Shown here in pieces: positions 1 to 8,865 of a stretch of DNA of 56,772 nucleotides. Position 1 is the stretch's first letter; each line of letters opens with the position of its first letter. This DNA comes from an uncultured Bacteroidia bacterium (lineage in GTDB: Bacteria; Bacteroidota; Bacteroidia; NS11-12g; UBA9320). The position numbers and the translations under genes are program-made. Location of the stretch: positions 1 to 56,772 of the forward strand of contig CAWURO010000019.1 of the NCBI GenBank assembly GCA_963924815.1. The letters run 5' to 3'. The notes beneath the pieces were generated by a model. It saw nothing but the letters and a program-made list of their open reading frames with translations, did no database searches and had not been told where the DNA came from.

Positions 1-1
1 A

Positions 2-91
2 GAAAAGTTGCCAAATCAAGATTTATTGGAACAAGAAATGTACTTAAGACATCACATAATAAATTATTTTGAAGAAGAAGAGTTGATCTAA
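2..91 (+). CDS. 3' end of an unidentified CDS running in from the window edge
   Basis: Frame 2 is open from the edge: EKLPNQDLLEQEMYLRHHIINYFEEEELI, then TAA at 89-91. Too short to assign a family. Confidence 0.45.
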   Translation, partial: EKLPNQDLLEQEMYLRHHIINYFEEEELI

Positions 92-246
92 TCAAACGCA
101 AGCTCAAAAGTCAAACTCAAATTTAAAACAGTTATAGCAAACAAATTTCTGCTCGATACTTGTCTATATTTTAGCTTCGTACAGGGCTCCGCTTAGATTA
201 CCTTGAAACCAAGTTACGTATTTTTGACCTTGCTATTCGCACCTGC

Positions 247-398
247 ATAGGTTCGTGTCCTCACGAACTCATTCATAACACCAGAAAATTTTTTAGTGAG
301 TCGTTGAGTGAAGAAGAAGTTTGTGCCACTGCATTGCTTGAAGGGGTTCGTGAGGACACGAACTCATTCACACGAACTCATTCGCACGAACCTATTCA
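247..398. repeat. Inverted pair of REP-like palindromes plus 14 bp tandem repeats
   Basis: GTTCGTGTCCTCACGAAC (251-268) and its exact reverse complement GTTCGTGAGGACACGAAC (346-363). CACGAACTCATTC[A/G]-type units at 262, 357, 371 and 385 (last one degenerate). ATAGGTTCGTG (247-257) is the reverse complement of CACGAACCTAT (385-395). Confidence 0.8.
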
Positions 399-465
399 AC
401 CGAAACAATTCACAACTCCATTCTCCCACCTTTTCCACATCGCTTGTTGCGCTGTTTTTATAATA

Positions 466-473
466 TAACTTTG
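466..473 (+). promoter_or_regulatory. Bacteroidota housekeeping -7 promoter box for carB
   Basis: TAACTTTG matches TAnnTTTG, 17 nt before the ATG at 491. Confidence 0.6.
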
Positions 474-490
474 CCCAATTTTAAGAATGT

Positions 491-3313
491 ATGCCTAAAG
501 ACTCCAGTATAAAACACGTCCTCATCATCGGCAGTGGACCCATCATCATCGGACAAGCATGTGAATTTGATTACAGCGGTAGCCAAGCAGCTCAAAGTTT
601 GCGAGAAGAAGGAATAGAAGTTTCACTTATCAACTCTAATCCCGCAACGATAATGACAGATCCTTCTATGGCTGAGCACATTTACTTGCTGCCTATGACC
701 GTAGAAAGTATCGAACAAATACTTATCGAGCAGCCTTCCATTACGCATGTATTGCCTACAATGGGTGGTCAAACAGCTTTAAACCTAGCTATAGAAGCAG
801 ATGAAATTGGACTATGGAATAATCACAATGTAAAGATAATAGGTGTAGATATTGCGGCTATTGAGAAAACAGAAAATCGTGATCTTTTTCGCTCGTTTAT
901 GATTGAGCTTGGTATTCCTATAGCCACTTCAAGAATAGCGAACTCATATCTCGAAGCTAAGGAAGTTGCCCAAACTATTGGTTATCCTTTGGTAATACGT
1001 CCATCCTTTACTATGGGTGGTTATGGTGGAGGTTTTGTACATACAAAAGATGACTTTGATGAAGCGGTAAAGCGAGGATTAGAAGCTTCTCCTACTCATG
1101 AAGTGCTCGTAGAGCAAGCCGTTTTAGGTTGGAAGGAATACGAATTAGAATTATTACGTGACGCCAACAATAACATCGCAGTAATCTGTACCATCGAAAA
1201 CTTTGATCCCATGGGTATTCATACAGGCGAGAGTATTACGGTGGCGCCTGCACTTACTTTAAGCGACACCTGTTTTCAGCAAATGCGAGATATGGCGTTT
1301 GACATGATGCGCAATTTGGGGACTTTTGCCGGCGGCTGTAATGTACAGTTCTCAGTAAACCCAGAAAACGAAGACATTATTGCCATTGAAATTAATCCCC
1401 GCGTTTCTCGTAGCTCTGCGCTTGCTTCCAAAGCAACTGGTTACCCAATTGCCAAAATCGCTTCTAAACTTGCCTTAGGTTATTACCTAGACGAATTAAA
1501 AAATCCAGTTACCAAAACAACATCAGCATTCTTCGAGCCAAGTATAGACTACACTATCGTTAAAATACCGCGTTGGGATTTTGCTAAATTTAAAGGTGCG
1601 GATACCACGCTAGGCTTACAAATGAAGTCCGTAGGCGAAGTAATGAGTATAGGTAGAAGCTTTCAGGAGGCTTTACAAAAAGCATGTCAATCCCTAGAAA
1701 TCAAACGATTAGGTTTGGGTTCTGACGGTTACGAGCTAAAAAATCTCGATCAAATATTACACAGCCTGGCGAATCCAAGTTGGGACAGGGTCTTCCATTT
1801 AAAAGATGCGATGGCGCTTGGAGTGCCTATTACCAGTATTCAAAAAATTACGAATATAGACCGTTGGTTCCTGGAGCAAATCTATGAACTGGTAAAAATG
1901 GACCGTGAAATTAAAAAATACACCCTCGATAATATCGATGCAGATGTATTGCGTCTTGCGAAACAGAAAGGATTTGCAGATGCTCAAATTGCCCATTTAC
2001 TCGGCGGAGGAATTACCGACATGGATGTACATGCCAAACGAACTGCGCTAGGCATACATCGGGTATATAAAATGGTGGATACGTGTTCTGCAGAGTTTAG
2101 CTCGCCAACCAACTATATGTATTCTACTTTTGATGGAGAATGCGAAAGTAAAATATCCGATAAAAAGAAAATTATCGTAATCGGTTCTGGGCCCAATAGA
2201 ATTGGACAAGGCATAGAATTTGACTACAGTTGCGTGCACGGCATTAAAGCCGCTCAAGAATTGGGTTACGAAGCCATAATGGTAAATTGTAATCCCGAAA
2301 CTGTAAGTACAGACTTTAATACAGCCGATAAATTATATTTTGAACCTATTTTCTGGGAGCATCTCTGGGATATCATTCAACTAGAAAAACCAGTTGGCGT
2401 TATTGTGCAACTTGGCGGACAAACGGCACTTAAGCTAAGTGAGCGTATGAGAGATCATGGAGTACGTATTATAGGCACCTCTTTCGAGAATATGGATTTG
2501 GCCGAAGACCGAGGATCTTTCTCTAACTTATTAAAAGACTTAAATATTCCTTATCCAAGATTTGGTGTTGCCACTAACGCTTATGAGGCGGTACAAGTAG
2601 CCCATGAGGTAGGTTATCCTGTGTTGGTACGCCCTAGCTATGTTTTAGGTGGACAGGGAATGAAAATAGTAATTAATGACGAAGACCTACAAAAAGCAGT
2701 TATCGATCTTTTAGGAGATTTACCCGGAAATAAAGTTCTCATAGATCACTTCCTTGACCGCGCCGAAGAATCTGAAAGTGACAGTATTTGTGACGGTGAA
2801 GAAGTTTTGATGATTGGCACGATGGAACACATTGAACCAGCAGGAATTCACTCGGGCGATTCGTCAGCAGTTTTGCCTCCGTTTAGCTTATCAGCCAATG
2901 TACAGGCTAAAATGGAAGAATACACCAAAAAAATAGCTTTTGCTATGGATGTCCGGGGCTTACTCAACATACAATTTGCTGTGAAAGATGAAGAGGTTTA
3001 TGTAATAGAGGCAAACCCAAGGGCAAGTAGAACTGTTCCCTTTATTTGCAAAGCACACAAGGTTCCTTATGTCAATATCGCAACTAAAATTATGATAGGT
3101 GATATGAAACTAAAAGATTTTAATGTAACACCCAAACTTGAAGGTTATGCAATTAAACAGCCTGTGTTCTCATTTAACAAATTCCCAAATGTAAATAAGG
3201 AACTAGGTCCAGAAATGAAAAGTACAGGTGAAGCAATCCTTTTTGTAAAAGACACGAAAGACCCTGTATTTAGAGAGTTATACAAGCAAAAATCAATGTA
3301 TTTGAGTAGATAG
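491..3313 (+). CDS. carB: Carbamoyl-phosphate synthase large subunit (form lacking the C-terminal MGS domain)
   Basis: Motifs GSGPIIIGQACEFDYSG, GSGPNRIGQGIEFDY, EINPRVSRSSALASKATGYPIA and LGPEMKSTGE; two ATP-grasp halves. Confidence 0.97.
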   Translation: MPKDSSIKHVLIIGSGPIIIGQACEFDYSGSQAAQSLREEGIEVSLINSNPATIMTDPSMAEHIYLLPMTVESIEQILIEQPSITHVLPTMGGQTALNLAIEADEIGLWNNHNVKIIGVDIAAIEKTENRDLFRSFMIELGIPIATSRIANSYLEAKEVAQTIGYPLVIRPSFTMGGYGGGFVHTKDDFDEAVKRGLEASPTHEVLVEQAVLGWKEYELELLRDANNNIAVICTIENFDPMGIHTGESITVAPALTLSDTCFQQMRDMAFDMMRNLGTFAGGCNVQFSVNPENEDIIAIEINPRVSRSSALASKATGYPIAKIASKLALGYYLDELKNPVTKTTSAFFEPSIDYTIVKIPRWDFAKFKGADTTLGLQMKSVGEVMSIGRSFQEALQKACQSLEIKRLGLGSDGYELKNLDQILHSLANPSWDRVFHLKDAMALGVPITSIQKITNIDRWFLEQIYELVKMDREIKKYTLDNIDADVLRLAKQKGFADAQIAHLLGGGITDMDVHAKRTALGIHRVYKMVDTCSAEFSSPTNYMYSTFDGECESKISDKKKIIVIGSGPNRIGQGIEFDYSCVHGIKAAQELGYEAIMVNCNPETVSTDFNTADKLYFEPIFWEHLWDIIQLEKPVGVIVQLGGQTALKLSERMRDHGVRIIGTSFENMDLAEDRGSFSNLLKDLNIPYPRFGVATNAYEAVQVAHEVGYPVLVRPSYVLGGQGMKIVINDEDLQKAVIDLLGDLPGNKVLIDHFLDRAEESESDSICDGEEVLMIGTMEHIEPAGIHSGDSSAVLPPFSLSANVQAKMEEYTKKIAFAMDVRGLLNIQFAVKDEEVYVIEANPRASRTVPFICKAHKVPYVNIATKIMIGDMKLKDFNVTPKLEGYAIKQPVFSFNKFPNVNKELGPEMKSTGEAILFVKDTKDPVFRELYKQKSMYLSR

Positions 3314-3495
3314 TGAAGTACCTTTTTCTAGGCTTAATCATATATTGGGTGGTGAAAAGAATTTTTCGCATTTCTAACGTTGTGCGACAAAACGAACCAC
3401 AAAAACAAGATACTACAGTTAATAATTCTCAAAAAACCACTAAAAAAAACGACAAGCATGGTGGTGAGTATGTCGATTACGAAGAAGTAGAATAA
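3313..3495 (+). CDS. Small membrane protein, DUF4834-like
   Basis: Hydrophobic N-terminus and C-terminal GEYVDYEEVE, typical of this Bacteroidota family. GTG start overlaps the carB stop. Confidence 0.7.
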   Translation: MKYLFLGLIIYWVVKRIFRISNVVRQNEPQKQDTTVNNSQKTTKKNDKHGGEYVDYEEVE

Positions 3496-3503
3496 GGTCT
3501 TCC

Positions 3504-4511
3504 TTAGAACAACCAGAAGTAATCTTGGTTGTTTATTTTTTGCAATTCGTTAAGTCTCTTTCGCATAACCAACTGATCTTCAGGTGAAGAAATAGCTAGA
3601 ATCAACTGGCTACTGTCAAAATCTATTTGTTGTTCATCCTCTATTACTAACCCATAAATATCATGTCCTACTTTATTTGGATTATTGGTATACCATTTAA
3701 AGGATATTTCTTTTTCCAAAAGCTCTTTTGCCATTTTCTTTCCTTTTATCCCTGCACCCAAAAGCACTAAACATTTAGAAGAATCGTACGCCATTTTTAC
3801 AAAGTAATGCACTTTAAGAGGAATGTAAGCTATCGGAAAATAGTATTTTTCATTTCTGGATGTACGTGTAGAGCTATCCCTCCAATGATGCACTACGTGT
3901 GGCACCCGGACCACCTTGAGTTTGTATTCCATAATACGGAAACACAGATCGTAATCTTCGGGCATTAAGTCAGATTTAAAACCGCCAATAGTTTCAAAAT
4001 CTAATCGGTGCATTAGCCATGCAGAAGAAGGTATGGGGCACTCTTTAAATACATCCCTCCAAAAATCTCCACTTTCCATGATTTCATTTAACCAGTTGGC
4101 GTACTTCAGAAAACCTTCACCTACGGTGTACTCATCGCAGAAATAAGAAACCTTTCCCGTTACAACGGTTCCTATACTTGCCCTCTCCATAAATAGCTGT
4201 AGTTTTTCTGCAGGCATTAAATCATCGGAGTCCATTCTATGTATCCACTCTCCCCGAGATAAGCCATACCCTTTTCGTAAGGCCTTCGGTATACCTTCTC
4301 CCTCACTATCCACTACGTGAATATTGCTATAATCAGTAGCGTATTTAGACAAGACTTTTGCAGAACCATCGGTGCTTCCATCATTTACCGCAATTAACTC
4401 CCAATTCGTATAGGTCTGAGCTAAGATAGAATCAAGGCATGGTTCTAGGTATGTGCCAGCATTTTTTACTGGCATGATTATACTTATCAATTTGGATTCA
4501 AATTGTTGCAA
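3504..4511 (-). CDS. Glycosyltransferase family 2
   Basis: Motifs ISIIMPVKN, ELIAVNDGSTDGS, RMDSDD (DxD) and EDYDL. TTG start. Confidence 0.9.
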   Translation of the reverse strand: MQQFESKLISIIMPVKNAGTYLEPCLDSILAQTYTNWELIAVNDGSTDGSAKVLSKYATDYSNIHVVDSEGEGIPKALRKGYGLSRGEWIHRMDSDDLMPAEKLQLFMERASIGTVVTGKVSYFCDEYTVGEGFLKYANWLNEIMESGDFWRDVFKECPIPSSAWLMHRLDFETIGGFKSDLMPEDYDLCFRIMEYKLKVVRVPHVVHHWRDSSTRTSRNEKYYFPIAYIPLKVHYFVKMAYDSSKCLVLLGAGIKGKKMAKELLEKEISFKWYTNNPNKVGHDIYGLVIEDEQQIDFDSSQLILAISSPEDQLVMRKRLNELQKINNQDYFWLF

Positions 4512-4553
4512 GTTTATAAAACAAATTTGAGAATAATACTGTTCCTTTGAAGT

Positions 4554-4751
4554 AAGGGACTGGTTATTAATTGAAAAATTTACACCGATTACATTTCCGG
4601 CTCAACCAATGCGTATAAGAACAGGCCTTAAATTCCAGACTTGTCGGTAATGACGTCCGCCTCGGCGGAAAGAACGTTGGAAGTTCGTGACGAAACGGAG
4701 GCCAAATCCTATCATTTTTTGAAGTTTTTCAAAAAATCCAGTCCTTTTTTT
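4554..4751 (+). other. Structured intergenic element (candidate sRNA or MITE-like repeat)
   Basis: Nested inverted repeats 4554-4563/4738-4747, 4571-4581/4722-4732, 4624-4628/4699-4703 and 4633-4637/4678-4682. Inner palindrome TCCGCCTCGGCGGA at 4656-4669. TTCCTTTG lies 4 nt upstream and a T-run follows. Confidence 0.4.
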
Positions 4752-4756
4752 AGTTC

Positions 4757-5899
4757 TTAACTAATCACCCCACTCCCTACCAGTACATCTCCACTGTACC
4801 ATGCCGCAAACTGTCCTTTGGCCACAGAAGACTTCAGTGCATCAAAATGCACTTCTAAGCCATTATCTGTTTTGATAAGTGTGGCTCCAGACAGTGGTTG
4901 GCGATAGCGAATACGTATCTCATATCTTTTTGATTCGCCTATGGTAAGCTCGTCTACTTTTTTTAGCCAATGAATATCCTCGTTTTTAATGAGTAGCCCT
5001 GGTCTGTGCAAACCTTTATGGTCTTCTCCCTCACCCACATACACCGTATTCGTTTCCGTGTTAATTTGAATAATAAATAACGGATTAACATGGCCGCCTA
5101 TGTTCAATCCTTTTCGCTGACCAATGGTGTAAAAATGAGCACCATTATGCTCCCCTATTTTTTTACCATCCGATTCTGCAAAGTGATATTCTTCTATGGG
5201 TTTTAACTCATTCTTAAAACCGGTCCAGTCTCGAGCGATTTCAATTACATTTCCTTTCTTTTCAGTAAGTTGCTGCTTCAAAAAATCAGGTAATTTTACT
5301 TTTCCTATGAAACAAAGTCCTTGACTATCCCGTTTTTCCGCAGTTATTAAATCTTGTTCTTTGGCGATGCGGCGCACCTCACTTTTTTCCAATTCTCCAA
5401 TAGGAAACAATGCTTTTGCCAATTGTTCCTGATTTATTTGGCATAAGAAATAGCTTTGATCTTTATTGTCATCCTTGCCCGCGAGCAAGTCATATCCCGT
5501 ATCGCTCTCGGCCTTTCTGCAGTAGTGACCCGTTGCCACATATTCGGCACCCAATTTTACAGCGTGTTTCAAAAAACTGTCAAATTTAATCTCTCTGTTA
5601 CAGAGTACATCTGGGTTTGGCGTGCGACCACTCTTATACTCTTTGAACATATACGACACTATACGCTCGTAATATTCTTCGCTCAAATCTACGGTATGGA
5701 AAGGTATTCCCAGTTTGTCTGCTACCAAAAGTGCATCTTTACTATCTTCTTCCCACGGGCACTCGTCACTTATGGTAACGCCGGTATCGTGCCAATTTTT
5801 CATAAAAATACCTATTACTTCATGACCTTGTTGTTGTAATAAATAGGCAGCTACCGATGAATCTACCCCGCCTGATAATCCTACTACTACTCTTGCCAT
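4757..5899 (-). CDS. mnmA: tRNA 2-thiouridine(34) synthase
   Basis: Motifs [38 protein letters not shown] and DSQGLCF. Confidence 0.97.
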   Translation of the reverse strand: MARVVVGLSGGVDSSVAAYLLQQQGHEVIGIFMKNWHDTGVTISDECPWEEDSKDALLVADKLGIPFHTVDLSEEYYERIVSYMFKEYKSGRTPNPDVLCNREIKFDSFLKHAVKLGAEYVATGHYCRKAESDTGYDLLAGKDDNKDQSYFLCQINQEQLAKALFPIGELEKSEVRRIAKEQDLITAEKRDSQGLCFIGKVKLPDFLKQQLTEKKGNVIEIARDWTGFKNELKPIEEYHFAESDGKKIGEHNGAHFYTIGQRKGLNIGGHVNPLFIIQINTETNTVYVGEGEDHKGLHRPGLLIKNEDIHWLKKVDELTIGESKRYEIRIRYRQPLSGATLIKTDNGLEVHFDALKSSVAKGQFAAWYSGDVLVGSGVIS

Positions 5900-5998
5900 G
5901 ATTTTTTATGCTAAAATGCGCTATTTGAACAACAAATTTAGATAGATAATAAGCGTAGTCCAATTAATTTTTGACATTTGCACTTATCAAATCTTAAT

Positions 5999-7156
5999 AT
6001 GGGAAAAACAATCGGCGTTTTAGGTGGCGGACAACTGGGTAAAATGTTGTTTGAAGCAGGCTCTCCAATGAATACTTCTTACGTATTTTTAGAAATCAAC
6101 AATGAATGTCCTGCTTCTTTGGTATGTAAAAATCAGGTGATTGGCTCGCTTCAAGATGAAATTAAAATTAAAGAGTTAGGTGGCTTAAGCGACGTTGTTA
6201 CGTATGAAATTGAACACGTGAACGTTGAAGCTCTTCTCACACTTGAAAAATCGGGAATACCTGTTTTTCCCAAACCCTCAGTGCTTACTATCATACAAGA
6301 CAAGGGACTACAAAAGGAATACTACGCAAATAATGGTGTGGCTACGCTAGACTTTTCCCTTGCTACCATAGAAAACCTAGCTGATAAAGTAGCTGCTTGG
6401 CCAGAAGATAATTTTGTACTTAAACACCGAAAAGGTGGCTATGATGGCAAAGGGGTACAGCTACTAACCAAATCCCAATTTGAAAATCTCAAAAACCATC
6501 AAGATAAAAGTCTAATAAGCGAGCACGGTTTTGTGATAGAGAAACTAGCCAACAATGCAACAGAAATATCGGTGATAGTAGCGGTAGCACAAGACAGAAG
6601 TACCTCTACATACCCGCCTTGTGAGATGGTTTTTGACCCACGAAGTAACCTAATGGACTACCTCATAGCACCAAGCAGTTTGACTACTGAAACAAGTAAT
6701 TACTGTGAGTCTATTGCAAAAGATGCTGTCAAAGCATTTGACAGTCCCGGACTATTTGCCGTAGAATTATTTGTGGAAGATAATGGTAATGTGTATGTGA
6801 ACGAAATCGCTCCACGTCCGCACAATAGTGGACACCACACCATAGAAAGCTCTTATACCTCACAGTATGAGCAGCTCAATAGGATCTTGCTCGGGCAACC
6901 GCTCGGTAGCACCGCACTAATAAAACCAGCAGCTACTTGTAACATAGTAGGACCACAAGATCTGAATGGAGCCTACCAACTAGCTAACCTAGACCAAGTA
7001 CTCGCTATAGAAGGAGTCTACATCCACATGTATGGCAAAACCACTACCTCACCTGACAGAAAGTTGGGTCATTTTACTGTGCTGGCAGATACGCGAGACG
7101 AGTTGGTAACTAAAATGTCAGAAGTGAAAGAACTCCTGCAAATAATTGGTAAATAA
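5999..7156 (+). CDS. purK: N5-carboxyaminoimidazole ribonucleotide synthase
   Basis: Motifs GVLGGGQLGKM, TYEIEHV, GGYDGKG, NEIAPRPHNSGH and RKLGH. ATG at 5999 preferred over the upstream TTG. Confidence 0.95.
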   Translation: MGKTIGVLGGGQLGKMLFEAGSPMNTSYVFLEINNECPASLVCKNQVIGSLQDEIKIKELGGLSDVVTYEIEHVNVEALLTLEKSGIPVFPKPSVLTIIQDKGLQKEYYANNGVATLDFSLATIENLADKVAAWPEDNFVLKHRKGGYDGKGVQLLTKSQFENLKNHQDKSLISEHGFVIEKLANNATEISVIVAVAQDRSTSTYPPCEMVFDPRSNLMDYLIAPSSLTTETSNYCESIAKDAVKAFDSPGLFAVELFVEDNGNVYVNEIAPRPHNSGHHTIESSYTSQYEQLNRILLGQPLGSTALIKPAATCNIVGPQDLNGAYQLANLDQVLAIEGVYIHMYGKTTTSPDRKLGHFTVLADTRDELVTKMSEVKELLQIIGK

Positions 7157-7252
7157 GCATAAAAAGGCACGTTTCCAATGGCCATTTTTACGTTTAAACG
7201 TAAAATAAATATTGTGTTATGGTGTACGAACAGAACCTCTTACCTTTGTACT

Positions 7253-7768
7253 ATGGCTGAAGTATTAATAATAATGGGTTCTGACTCTGATTTGCCTGAA
7301 ATGGCAGAAGCAGCAAAAGTGTTAGAAGTTTTAAGCATCGACTATGATTTAACGATAGTTTCTGCACATCGAACTCCAGATAGAATGTACGCGTGTGCTA
7401 AAGAAGCACATAGCAAAGGATATAAATGCATAATAGCCGGAGCCGGCGGCGCTGCACACTTGCCGGGAATGGTTGCGTCTATAACCTCTTTGCCCGTTAT
7501 TGGAGTACCTATTAAGTCTAGTAACATGAGCGGCTTGGACTCTTTATACTCTATAGTACAAATGCCTCCCGGAATTCCCGTAGCAACTATGGCTATAAAT
7601 GGCGCTAAAAATGCTGGCTTATTTGCAGCAAAGATATTAGCGACGTCTAATAGCGACATCATCGTTAGACTTGCCAAGTATACCGAAACCATGGAAAAGC
7701 AAGTGCTTGAAAAAGCAGATAAACTAGAACAGCTTGGCTTCAAAGATTACCTAGAAAACTCTTTATGA
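7253..7768 (+). CDS. purE: N5-CAIR mutase
   Basis: Motifs IIMGSDSD, SAHRTPDR, AGAGGAAHLPGM and SIVQMPPGIPVAT. Start moved to the ATG at 7253, 4 nt after TACCTTTG (7241-7248). Confidence 0.96.
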   Translation: MAEVLIIMGSDSDLPEMAEAAKVLEVLSIDYDLTIVSAHRTPDRMYACAKEAHSKGYKCIIAGAGGAAHLPGMVASITSLPVIGVPIKSSNMSGLDSLYSIVQMPPGIPVATMAINGAKNAGLFAAKILATSNSDIIVRLAKYTETMEKQVLEKADKLEQLGFKDYLENSL

Positions 7769-8337
7769 TAAAGGTTGACAATTGTCTCATCTCAGAAGAT
7801 GTTGTGGAGCGTTCTTTCGCATGCAATGTACTCGCTTGCAAAGGTGTGTGCTGTATAGAAGGTGACGCAGGCGCCCCATTAGATCCCGAAGAAATAGACG
7901 TTATAGCTTCACATATTGAGACCATAAAAACTGAAATGGACGAAGATGGATTAGCCCTTCTTGCAAAAGACGGATTCACTGAGAAAGATCCTTCTGATAT
8001 GATGGACGTAACCACGTGTAAAGAGAATAAAGAGTGTGTATTTGTGGTACGCAAAGACGGAATTCTAAACTGTGCCATCGAAATTGCCAATAAAAAACAC
8101 GATTTTGGTTTTCCAAAACCCATCAGTTGTCATTTATATCCCATCAGAGTAGCTAAATACAGCGAGTTTTACGCTTTAAATTATCACCGTTGGAGTATTT
8201 GCGCAGATGCGTGCACAAAGGGCAAGGAAGATGATGTAAAAGTCTATCAGTTTGCAAAAAGCGCTCTTGTGAGGAAGTTCGGTGATGATTGGTACTCCAA
8301 TCTAGAAGTTGCAGTTAAGGAATACTTGAATCGCTAA
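7765..8337 (+). CDS. DUF3109-family Cys-rich protein (probable Fe-S binding)
   Basis: Motifs FACNVLACKGVCCIEGDAGAP and KPISCHLYPIR; overlaps the purE stop by 4 nt (ATGA). Confidence 0.85.
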   Translation: MIKVDNCLISEDVVERSFACNVLACKGVCCIEGDAGAPLDPEEIDVIASHIETIKTEMDEDGLALLAKDGFTEKDPSDMMDVTTCKENKECVFVVRKDGILNCAIEIANKKHDFGFPKPISCHLYPIRVAKYSEFYALNYHRWSICADACTKGKEDDVKVYQFAKSALVRKFGDDWYSNLEVAVKEYLNR

Positions 8338-8339
8338 AA

Positions 8340-8717
8340 TCAAGATCTGCATGCTATAAGTCTACCTTGGTAGTATGTTTTTCTTTCTAGCAGTCTTCCA
8401 CATTGTGACCACACTTCATACAAACCGTCAAATTCTCCCATAGTATAGGTTGCATTCATTTTTTTAGAACCGTCTTCATGATATGATATGAATCTGCCAT
8501 TGGCAAGCCCGTTTGTATACATGATCGCCTCCTTGAGTTGTCCACATGGATAATATAGTTTTTGAATGCCGTGTTTTCTTCCGTTTAAGTATTGATTTTC
8601 TGCAATAGTTTCGATAAGATTTTTGCTTATTACACCAGAATACGGAACGTTGTCGTAGTTCAGCAATTCATTATCTTCCGATAAGTGATTCTTTATTTCG
8701 GCAAAAGCAACGGTCAT
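8340..8717 (-). CDS. MORN-variant repeat protein (YwqK-like)
   Basis: Repeats of the form YxNGxxxGxxxxYYxxG: YLNGRKHGIQKLYYPCG, YTNGLANGRFISYHEDG, YTMGEFDGLYEVWSQCG. Confidence 0.75.
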   Translation of the reverse strand: MTVAFAEIKNHLSEDNELLNYDNVPYSGVISKNLIETIAENQYLNGRKHGIQKLYYPCGQLKEAIMYTNGLANGRFISYHEDGSKKMNATYTMGEFDGLYEVWSQCGRLLERKTYYQGRLIACRS

Positions 8718-8767
8718 GTTGAAATTTCAGTCCACAAAATAAACCATATTTTTTCGAGTTTCACAAC

Positions 8768-8776
8768 TTATCCACA
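8768..8776 (+). promoter_or_regulatory. Perfect DnaA box
   Basis: TTATCCACA in the gap between the MORN gene and nrdJ. Confidence 0.5.
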
Positions 8777-8805
8777 TTTTTTAACAAAAAAAACAATGTT
8801 GACAT

Positions 8806-8841
8806 AAAAAATCAGGCCCCATATCTGAGGCCTGATTTTTT
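8806..8841. terminator. Intrinsic terminator of nrdJ (possibly bidirectional)
   Basis: AAAAAATCAGGCC ... GGCCTGATTTTTT inverted repeat about 25 nt past the nrdJ stop. Confidence 0.8.
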
Positions 8842-8865
8842 CAATTTTCCAACCTTAATTAGATT

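Noticed and set aside
357-398. Tandem repeats as a mini-CRISPR array
   Set aside because: The units are 14 bp and directly adjacent, with no unique spacers and no cas genes in the window.
491-3313. carB as a truncated pseudogene (no MGS domain)
   Set aside because: ~940-950 aa CarB lacking the allosteric domain is a normal Bacteroidota form. The ORF ends cleanly and is coupled to the next gene.
6210-6225. Other CACGTG cores (near 6215, 13048, 40283) as parS sites
   Set aside because: The flanks lack the GTT...AAC arms.
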